IMG/VR virus record: IMGVR_UViG_3300034684_000282
Origin: an uncultured virus (IMG/VR IMGVR_UViG_3300034684_000282)
Taxonomy: Duplodnaviria > Heunggongvirae > Uroviricota > Caudoviricetes
DNA: 64,000 bases
Direction: 5' to 3' (one strand)
The notes under the pieces are model-generated. The model worked only from the letters and a program-made list of their open reading frames with translations. It made no database searches and was not told the origin of the DNA. The translations under genes were made by a program, and so were the position numbers. Within the stretch, counting starts at the first letter, position 1. Each line of letters begins with the position of its first letter. Shown piece by piece: positions 57,116 through 64,000 of the stretch.

Positions 57116-58483
57116 ATGGCTAACATAAGTGGCTGGAACCCAGATACTTTTTCATTCTCTCCTGAGTTTCAGAAGCAGATCATTGCGGCAATGATTCAGG
57201 AGCCGAAGATATTTGAGAGGTTAGGTATCTTAACCGATTATAGAAGTTTTGACTTACAAGAATACTCCGAGATATTTAAGGGTATCCAAGACTTCTACGA
57301 AGAGTACCGCGGCATGCCGACGAAGGAAGCGCTGAAGGACTTACTGTCGACTAGGTACCACTCCGAAACACTCGACGAAACACTAAACGAGATATTCAAC
57401 CACAAGAGAATCGCAACGTCGACTCTAGAGTACATTGAAGACAACATAAGGAACTTTATCAGCTGCCAAGCCCTTAAGAGGGCTGTGTGTGAGTCGATCG
57501 ACGACTTGGGTGACCCTAAGAAGCACCCGAACGTTAAGGACAGGATAGAAAAGGCTCTGACGATAGGAGCTTCCCTAGACGACTTCGGTATCGACGCTTA
57601 CAATGACGAGGAGATACTAAACCGGTGGCAGCGGAGGAAGGACAAGCGGGAGATTCCAAGGATTTCTACCGGTTGGGAGAAGTTTGACCAGATTTTCGGT
57701 GGGTTCGGCATCGGGGAGGTGTTTACCTTTACGGGACCCGCCCACAGCGGGAAGTCAATGTACCTCATCAACGTCGGGGCTAACGTCTTGCTACAGAAGA
57801 AGAACGTGCTACACATCTCACTGGAGATGTCTCAAGAGATTACGGCCCAGCGGTATGACATGAGGCTACTAGGGTTGACTAAGGATGAGCTAAACTCTAA
57901 GAAAGCCGTAGAGAGGCTTAAGGAGATACTAAGTAACCACTTAGGAAGACTAATCATCAAGCGGTACCCGTCGGACACGGTAACTGCCGTCGACGTCGCG
58001 ACGTTTATAAAGAGGCTCGAGATGGTCAAGGACTTTGTTCCGGACATAGTTATAATCGACTACGCTGACATCATGCGGTCTACACACCACTACAGTGACA
58101 GGAGGTTTGAGTTAGACGCTATCTACAACCAAGTTAGAAATCTAGGCATTGAGTTTAAGGTACCCATAGTTACGGCGACACAGCTAAACAGGGACTCTTT
58201 AGAAAGATTAGAAGCAGGAAAAATATTGACCGAGGCTAATATCGCCGAATCATATTCCATCGCGAGAGTTATCGACTGTGGAATTACTATAAATTCCACC
58301 CCCGCTGACATCCGGCAACATGTTTCCACTATTTATGTGTTTAAAAATCGTGACGGTGAGAGTGGCGAAACTTTTCGCATGTACGTTGATTTTAGCAGAG
58401 CTCTTGTACGTGAATGGGGACCGTCTCCTGACATCACAAATCAAATGAAAAAAGGAAAACAAAAAAATCATCAAAAAATATAA
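57116..58483 (+). CDS. Replicative DnaB-like helicase (gp41-like)
   Basis: ISTGW, GPAHSGKS, ISLEMS, IIDYAD, TATQLNR, KNRDG. Confidence 0.95.
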   Translation: MANISGWNPDTFSFSPEFQKQIIAAMIQEPKIFERLGILTDYRSFDLQEYSEIFKGIQDFYEEYRGMPTKEALKDLLSTRYHSETLDETLNEIFNHKRIATSTLEYIEDNIRNFISCQALKRAVCESIDDLGDPKKHPNVKDRIEKALTIGASLDDFGIDAYNDEEILNRWQRRKDKREIPRISTGWEKFDQIFGGFGIGEVFTFTGPAHSGKSMYLINVGANVLLQKKNVLHISLEMSQEITAQRYDMRLLGLTKDELNSKKAVERLKEILSNHLGRLIIKRYPSDTVTAVDVATFIKRLEMVKDFVPDIVIIDYADIMRSTHHYSDRRFELDAIYNQVRNLGIEFKVPIVTATQLNRDSLERLEAGKILTEANIAESYSIARVIDCGITINSTPADIRQHVSTIYVFKNRDGESGETFRMYVDFSRALVREWGPSPDITNQMKKGKQKNHQKI

Positions 58484-58537
58484 CTTAATTATATATATAC
58501 TATATAATACTATATATAATTAAGGAGAATAATTATA

Positions 58538-58720
58538 ATGGAAATATTAAAACCAAAAGAAGTTTCAGTTATGTTAAATGTAGCTGTAAGTACTTTACAG
58601 TATTGGGACAGGATTGGTAAGTTAAAAGCTTTTCGTACGGTTAATAACAGAAGATATTATACAAAAGAACAAATTGACGAATTTAAAAGATTTTATTATG
58701 GTGTTGATCGCGATGAATAA
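58538..58720 (+). CDS. MerR-type HTH (like the IS607 TnpA N-terminal domain, no recombinase domain)
   Basis: LKPKEVSVMLNVAVSTLQYWDRIGKLKAFRTVNNRRYYT; AAGGAG RBS. Confidence 0.8.
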   Translation: MEILKPKEVSVMLNVAVSTLQYWDRIGKLKAFRTVNNRRYYTKEQIDEFKRFYYGVDRDE

Positions 58721-59906
58721 AGAATCATACCGCTGTGATTTTTGTGGTAAGTCTTTTGCTATAAAAGATAATTTATATCGTCATTTGTCAAAAAATAAAG
58801 ACTGCTATGATTTCTACTACCACGATAAAGTGGAAAATATAGATTATGTGACATGTAGAATATGTGGTAAAAGACTAAGTCGCATATTTGAACAGCACCT
58901 TAAAACGCACGGTATGACAACTGAAGAGTATAGGTTGCTTTTTCCTGACGCTGTGCTAACGGCGCAGGAAACTAAAGATAAGCGAAAGCAAACTAATTTA
59001 GAAAGATACGGCGTTGAAAACCCTTTTGTGGTGAAAGAGATTAAAGAAAAAGTGAAACAAACATTTTTAGAAAGATACAATGTTGAACACCCAATGCAAA
59101 TAAAAGAAGTAAGAGATAAATTTAAACAGACATGCTTAGAAAGGTACAGCGTTGAAAACCCAGCGCGATCTGAAGAAATAAAAAATAGAATTAAACAGAC
59201 ATGTTTAGAAAGATACGGCGTTGACTCTCATTTTAAATCACAAGAAGTGAGGGATAAAATTAAGCAAACATTTCTAGACAGGTACGGCGTTAAGAATCCA
59301 CTGCAAATAAAAGAAGTACGAAATAAAATTAGACAAACAAATTTAGAAAAATACGGGGTAGAGTATCCACTACTTTCAGAAGAAATTCAAGATAAAATAA
59401 AGCAAACCAATTTAGAAAGATACGGAGTAAAATATATATCACAAGTAAAAGAAATACAAAATAAAATTAGAAACACAATGCTGCAAAAATATGGTGTATA
59501 CTATAATTCCATGCCATGTTTTTCATTAAACTCACAGGAATTATTCACTTCTATAGAATTAATATTATCAGACATGTATCCAGATTTAGAATGCTTCTAT
59601 GCTACTAATAAAGAAATAGAGTTGGGTGGAAAATTAGTTACAAATGAATATCAAGTATTAGTTGAATCTGTTTCAGATAATAAAAAAGTTAGATTTTTAG
59701 ACTTTTATATACCAGCACTAAAGAAGTGGATTGAATTCGATGAGAGTTATCATGATAATATTGATCAATTAAATGATGATAAAATAAGAGAACAAGAAAT
59801 AAAAGCAGTGATTCCTGGTATTGAATTGTTACGAATTAAAGAAGAAGATTATTTAAACAACAAGGGTCATACGGTTGAAAAGTGTATTGACTTTATTTTA
59901 AGTTAA
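58713..59906 (+). CDS. Putative homing endonuclease: Zn fingers, 8 KQTxLERYGV repeats and a Vsr-like domain
   Basis: CDFC..HL, CRIC..HL..H; 23-aa repeats; FLDFY..WIEFDESYH..D..RE..LLRI. Confidence 0.8.
   Translation: MNKESYRCDFCGKSFAIKDNLYRHLSKNKDCYDFYYHDKVENIDYVTCRICGKRLSRIFEQHLKTHGMTTEEYRLLFPDAVLTAQETKDKRKQTNLERYGVENPFVVKEIKEKVKQTFLERYNVEHPMQIKEVRDKFKQTCLERYSVENPARSEEIKNRIKQTCLERYGVDSHFKSQEVRDKIKQTFLDRYGVKNPLQIKEVRNKIRQTNLEKYGVEYPLLSEEIQDKIKQTNLERYGVKYISQVKEIQNKIRNTMLQKYGVYYNSMPCFSLNSQELFTSIELILSDMYPDLECFYATNKEIELGGKLVTNEYQVLVESVSDNKKVRFLDFYIPALKKWIEFDESYHDNIDQLNDDKIREQEIKAVIPGIELLRIKEEDYLNNKGHTVEKCIDFILS
58986..59507 (+). repeat. Eight ~69-bp coding tandem repeats
   Basis: KQT(N/F/C)LERYGV(E/K)xP units. 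Confidence 0.85.
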
Positions 59907-60083
59907 AATGTATGTTGACTTTAGCCGTGCTTTAGTTGGAGAGTGGTCAGGTATTGGGTCAAACGATATTAAAAAGATTGTTAAGAAATAGTTTATAACT
60001 GAGAATTCTCAGTTTACAAGCATGCTTAATTGTGGTATAATAGTAGTGTTAATAGGTAAGTATATTAAGAGGGAGGTTAACAC

Positions 60084-60443
60084 GTGGCTAAGAAGAGTGG
60101 TATTGACGAGATCTTAAAGGCTAGCGAGGCTAAGAAGAAAAAGGCAAGTGCCGGTAAAGTTAAGGTAGTGGTAGAAAAGTGGCGGTTAAAAGGGGAAAAG
60201 AGTGTTGACAAAACGTTTACCGAGGACCCGCTGTTCTTTGAAACTGACACTGTAGTGTTTAGACTAAAACAGGGTGGCGGATACAAGGACATCGTGAGGA
60301 AGTATCCCGATGTCATGAAGTTTAACAAGGCTAAGGTTGGGTCTAAAACCAAAGTAGCTACAGGCGAGTGGACAAGGATAGTCGACGTGGTAACCAGCGA
60401 GAGAGACTTAGTCTTTGTTATCGAACCGTTAGAAACAAACTAG
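60084..60443 (+). CDS. Hypothetical protein
   Basis: GGGAGG RBS and upstream TGTGGTATAAT. Confidence 0.75.
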   Translation: MAKKSGIDEILKASEAKKKKASAGKVKVVVEKWRLKGEKSVDKTFTEDPLFFETDTVVFRLKQGGGYKDIVRKYPDVMKFNKAKVGSKTKVATGEWTRIVDVVTSERDLVFVIEPLETN

Positions 60444-60483
60444 TTTTTTTATATACAAATTTAAGCAGAAAGGATCTGGTACG

Positions 60484-60873
60484 GTGAATATTAAGCCGGG
60501 GGATTTAATTTTTTTAGTTAAAGATGAAACCTCGATGCGCTGCGAGCACTTGGTGAGGGTTGAGGAGTATGATTGTACGAGTAACATTGTTAAGTCTAGC
60601 AAGGTGTACACCGTGCACAAAATGCTACTGCAGGACGGGTCGATGAACTACGTTTTGGCTCCCGGGTTTTTTATCATCTCAAACAAAGTTGAAGATAAAA
60701 GTTTAACATCGAACTCTAATGTTCACTGGATCAACTTGAACAACTTTGACGTTGTAGGTCCGGTAACGGACGACGACATTGTAAAGGCTTTTAAAGAGCA
60801 GGAGAGTAGTATTGTAATTCCAGACACGCGCACCACGAAGGGGATTTTAGGAAAAGATGTACAAAGTTTTTAA
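60484..60873 (+). CDS. Hypothetical protein
   Basis: AAGGA RBS; C-terminal SSIVIP motif. Confidence 0.7.
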   Translation: MNIKPGDLIFLVKDETSMRCEHLVRVEEYDCTSNIVKSSKVYTVHKMLLQDGSMNYVLAPGFFIISNKVEDKSLTSNSNVHWINLNNFDVVGPVTDDDIVKAFKEQESSIVIPDTRTTKGILGKDVQSF

Positions 60874-61411
60874 GGTCGAGCCGTTTGTAGTAAACACCGC
60901 TGGTTATAATATTCGAGACGTTAAGTTAGTTAACTATAATAATTTTACAGATAAGGAGTTAAAATGGTATACTACCTTTTTGGAAATTGCCAGAATTATG
61001 GGAAACAACAGCCACTGTGTTTCACACAAGGTAGGCGCTGTTTTAGTAAAAAATAATAGAATAATTTCTACCGGTATCAACGGAACACCACCTGGCTGTG
61101 TAAACTGCGACGAGGTTTTCGACCCTAGTAACTTTGACAGGGAGGACCACCACAAGTGGTCTGAGTTAAACGAGCTCCACGCTGAGATCAACATGCTAGC
61201 CATCGCAGCGAGGGAAGGGATTTCTACGAAAGACAGCGTAGTGTACACTACTATATCACCCTGCGTACACTGTGCGAAGGCTTTGGTAGCCGCGGGAGTT
61301 CAAACCGTTGTGTTTAGCGAGTTGTACGATCTAGACATTGAGGGCTTACTACTAATACTGCTGAGTGGTGTTAGTGTATTTCTAATTAAGGAGGATGACG
61401 CGAGTGCCTAA
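60857..61411 (+). CDS. dCMP deaminase
   Basis: SHC...VGAVLV..RIISTGINGTP, HAEIN, SPCVHCAK. Confidence 0.93.
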   Translation: MYKVFKVEPFVVNTAGYNIRDVKLVNYNNFTDKELKWYTTFLEIARIMGNNSHCVSHKVGAVLVKNNRIISTGINGTPPGCVNCDEVFDPSNFDREDHHKWSELNELHAEINMLAIAAREGISTKDSVVYTTISPCVHCAKALVAAGVQTVVFSELYDLDIEGLLLILLSGVSVFLIKEDDASA

Positions 61412-62195
61412 GAAAGAACTGGACTTGAGTTTTCTAAACCAGGGTTCAGAGGAGATTGAGTTACCGTCAAGGGGTGTTCTGTACAACAGTAGGGAGATTA
61501 AGAACGGTAAGGTTCACGTAAGGCCGTGGCTAACGTCGGAGGAAAAGTTAATCGACAAGTTTAGCAAGGGAAACTTCTACAACATACTAAAGCGCTTAGT
61601 TCAGAACGTTTTAGAGGAGAAGTTTCCCGTCGAGGAGTTTACAATCGGGGACTTTTTTTACCTCCTCTACTGGATCCGGGGGTTGAGCTACGGGTCAACG
61701 TACAAGACGGAGACTGACTGCCCGAACTGTGGGGCTCGGGTAAAGCCGTTGGTTGACCTTGCTAAGTATGAGGTTACTTACTTACCCGACTGCGTAGAAC
61801 CAATGTCTCTAGTGTTACCCAAGAGCCAGGTTGAGGTTAAGTTTAGGCTGACTAGGCTGAAGGACTTGATAGAAGCGACTGAGAAGTCACACTCAGAAAC
61901 GCTAAAGTACGGGTCCTCCATAAGCCCGGACATCTACAAGCTAGCGCGCTGCGTGGTTGAGATGACTCTACCCAACGAAGACAAAACGGTGCTGACGCAG
62001 GACGAGGACTTCGGAACGATGCTTAACATGGTCTGGCCGAAGCTTCCAGCTATCGACATTCTAGCCCTGAGGGAGGAGATGGCTAAGTACGACCACGGGT
62101 ACGTAAAGAGTAGTGCCGTTAAGTGCCCCGTGTGCGAGGATTACTTCGAGCAGGCGGCGGTACTCTCATTTGACTTTTTTCGCCCGAGCAGTTGA
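61395..62195 (+). CDS. Baseplate hub / tail assembly protein (gp26-like)
   Basis: IELPSRG..Y, RPWLTSEEK, D..YLLYWIRGLSYG, CPNCG, CPVC..FDFF. Confidence 0.8.
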   Translation: MTRVPKKELDLSFLNQGSEEIELPSRGVLYNSREIKNGKVHVRPWLTSEEKLIDKFSKGNFYNILKRLVQNVLEEKFPVEEFTIGDFFYLLYWIRGLSYGSTYKTETDCPNCGARVKPLVDLAKYEVTYLPDCVEPMSLVLPKSQVEVKFRLTRLKDLIEATEKSHSETLKYGSSISPDIYKLARCVVEMTLPNEDKTVLTQDEDFGTMLNMVWPKLPAIDILALREEMAKYDHGYVKSSAVKCPVCEDYFEQAAVLSFDFFRPSS

Positions 62196-62421
62196 AGACC
62201 CGCAGTTGGTTGTTGACTTTCTATCCGTATACCGGGACCCAGAGCTTGACATTGAGAGGGAGTTAGTCCAGCTAGTTCACTACGGGGATCTAACCTACTA
62301 CGACGTTAACATGATGACCTTCAAAGTAAGAAGGTTCTGGTTAGAGGAGATTCAGAGAATAATTCAAGAAAAGCTAAAGGCTAGCTCTGAGGCGAGCATG
62401 CGTGGAATGGGAATGTTTTGA
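62113..62421 (+). CDS. Small baseplate/tail chaperone partner (start uncertain)
   Basis: ELVQLVHYGDLTYYDVNMMTFKVRRFWLEEI. Confidence 0.6.
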   Translation: MPLSAPCARITSSRRRYSHLTFFARAVEDPQLVVDFLSVYRDPELDIERELVQLVHYGDLTYYDVNMMTFKVRRFWLEEIQRIIQEKLKASSEASMRGMGMF

Positions 62422-62441
62422 CCTTTTCCCATTCCACTTTT
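62402..62441 (+). terminator. Stem-loop terminator
   Basis: GTGGAATGGGAA...TTCCCATTCCAC-TTTT. Confidence 0.6.
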
Positions 62442-62549
62442 CACGTCTAGCAAACTAAAATTAATTCCAAGTTGTTAACTTGACTACTAGCAGTGGGTAA
62501 CACTCCTAACAGTAGTGTTAGTTTAAACTCGAGCGTAGGGTGATTAGTT

Positions 62550-64000
62550 ATGCCTGAAAGTAACGAAGTACTCTTAGACTTAATATCCCAAAGCATTAGG
62601 ATAGAGAGACCAAGCTTAACCGAGGAACGCTCTAGAGCTCTAGCCTCCGAAGTAAAGAGCGTCTTTGAGTCTCTAAACGGAGGCATCATGCAGCTAGAGG
62701 ACGCTACTCAAAGCATAGTGTCTCTGTGCTTAAGCTTACTCAGTAAGACTAAAGACTTGACCGAGAGTAGCGGCGTGTTAGTATCCTCCTATGATTTAAT
62801 CATAGAAAAGATAGACAGCATAGTGGCTAGAATTAACACCGCGGTGAGAGAAAGCGACGCTTTACTTAGGCAAAGCCTTAAGTTTCAAAGCATAGTTGAG
62901 CAAAACCTAAGCTACACTGTAGCGCTACCGACTAAATTAGTCAAGAGCATGGAGAGTGCGCTTGAGAAGACAAACACGCTTACAGTTAGCTCTGTTACTC
63001 AGAGCGTAGTAAAAGTTGTGGGTAGGATTGTAAACTCATTTAGATCTATTAAAGATTTTATAAATGACCCGTTTAGGGTTATAGGAGACGCATTTAGTAA
63101 AAAGATTGAGGAGCAGAGTATTTTAACTCTTAACAGAAGCGGTGCGTTTAGCGAAAGAGATAAAAAGCAGGGTGTCTTAATTCCTAGAGATAGTAAAGAT
63201 AGTAGAGAGTTAAACTTTTTAAACGTTAGAAAAAACGACACTACCGATAAAAAGTCTATAGCTAGCGTTGTGAGTGGTCAAGCTAACAGTAATCTTCTTA
63301 ACGAGAGAGCGTTGGCAGGTATTACAAACATTCCGCTCAGCGAGCAAGTAGTACTTAATAAAACTACCCCGGGTGTTGCCGTTAGGTGGCTGGCGAGACG
63401 GTTGGAGAGAAGCGGTTTAATGACTAGCGGTGTTGAAGAAGCTAAGGGTGGCATTGTGTCTAATATAAAGGATAAGCTATTAGAAGGATTGGGATTAGCT
63501 AGCGGAATGCACTTAGGTAGAACATTACTTCCTAAACTGGTATCGATGTTATTTAACCCTTGGGTATTGGGAGCAGCGGCTGCAACTTTAGGTGGAGTTT
63601 TACTTTGGAAGTTTCGAAAGCCCATCGGTGACTTTCTAGGCGGTGTTAAAGACACCGCTGGTAAGTTATTTGAAAACATAAAGACTGACGTTAGCGCTAA
63701 GTTTGATAAGATAAAGGACTCTTTTGTCAGAGGCTGGGAGAGTAGTATAGAGAGCCTTAAGGTTGGGTGGGGGTGGGTTACCGATAAGTGGGAGAGTGTG
63801 CGGGGTGTGTGGTCGGACGCCGTAGACTCCGTTAGAAGCTTTTGGGACAGCGTTGCTGAGAAAGCGTCTAGCGTATACGATAGAACCATCTCGCCACTCC
63901 TGAAGAATATTGACGATTTGTTTGGCGGAGTGTTTTCCGGAGTAATAGGGGAGGTTAAAAAGTTAAAACCCTTCTTAGACAACTTTAGCAGCTGGCTGGG
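62550..64000 (+). CDS. Tape measure-like protein (truncated by the window end; absent from the ORF track)
   Basis: ATG 62550 (MPESNEVLLD) reads open towards the window end; helical, with a hydrophobic segment and regularly spaced W/F residues. Confidence 0.75.
   Translation, partial: MPESNEVLLDLISQSIRIERPSLTEERSRALASEVKSVFESLNGGIMQLEDATQSIVSLCLSLLSKTKDLTESSGVLVSSYDLIIEKIDSIVARINTAVRESDALLRQSLKFQSIVEQNLSYTVALPTKLVKSMESALEKTNTLTVSSVTQSVVKVVGRIVNSFRSIKDFINDPFRVIGDAFSKKIEEQSILTLNRSGAFSERDKKQGVLIPRDSKDSRELNFLNVRKNDTTDKKSIASVVSGQANSNLLNERALAGITNIPLSEQVVLNKTTPGVAVRWLARRLERSGLMTSGVEEAKGGIVSNIKDKLLEGLGLASGMHLGRTLLPKLVSMLFNPWVLGAAAATLGGVLLWKFRKPIGDFLGGVKDTAGKLFENIKTDVSAKFDKIKDSFVRGWESSIESLKVGWGWVTDKWESVRGVWSDAVDSVRSFWDSVAEKASSVYDRTISPLLKNIDDLFGGVFSGVIGEVKKLKPFLDNFSSWL

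Noticed and set aside
58538..58720. Intact IS607 element
   Set aside because: HTH only: no serine-recombinase domain, and the downstream gene is not tnpB
58986..59507. CRISPR-like or DGR repeat
   Set aside because: Degenerate in-frame protein repeats with no unique spacers and no reverse transcriptase
62447..63982. Minus-strand ORFs at the window end
   Set aside because: Shadows of the plus-strand tape-measure-like ORF, which runs off the window

Overview
A 64 kb segment of a large T4-like (contractile-tailed) bacteriophage. The bacterial host is inferred from TGnTATAAT promoters and GGAGG/GGTG ribosome-binding sites. Layout: (1) minus-strand tail/neck/terminase block, 1-10.4 kb; (2) plus-strand head block, 10.5-25.8 kb, with sigma-like and SWIM genes, portal, prohead protease, scaffold and major capsid protein; (3) minus-strand accessory, nucleotide-metabolism and replication block, 25.8-54.2 kb, with AcrIII-1-like, ThyX, PolB, intein-containing NrdJ, Dam, helicase, SbcCD, FEN, clamp, TS-like and clamp-loader genes; (4) a 1.3 kb AT-rich divergent region with long perfect palindromes; (5) plus-strand sigma, DnaB-like helicase, endonuclease cassette, dCMP deaminase, baseplate hub and the start of a tape-measure gene. 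Best-supported novelty: the major capsid gene is split by two closely related ORF-less group I introns flanking a 33-nt in-frame micro-exon. Other notable signals are two stand-alone degenerate Hint-like proteins (one apparently fused to a start-less M15 peptidase by a UUUUUUA -1 frameshift), an apparent Glu-to-Ala switch in prohead-processing sites, a Gln-ending RNR intein, orphan TnpB right-end/omegaRNA remnants, an Asp-type TS homologue alongside ThyX, and a candidate late-promoter motif YAAAATTAAW. All family assignments come from motif recognition by eye; no searches were run.
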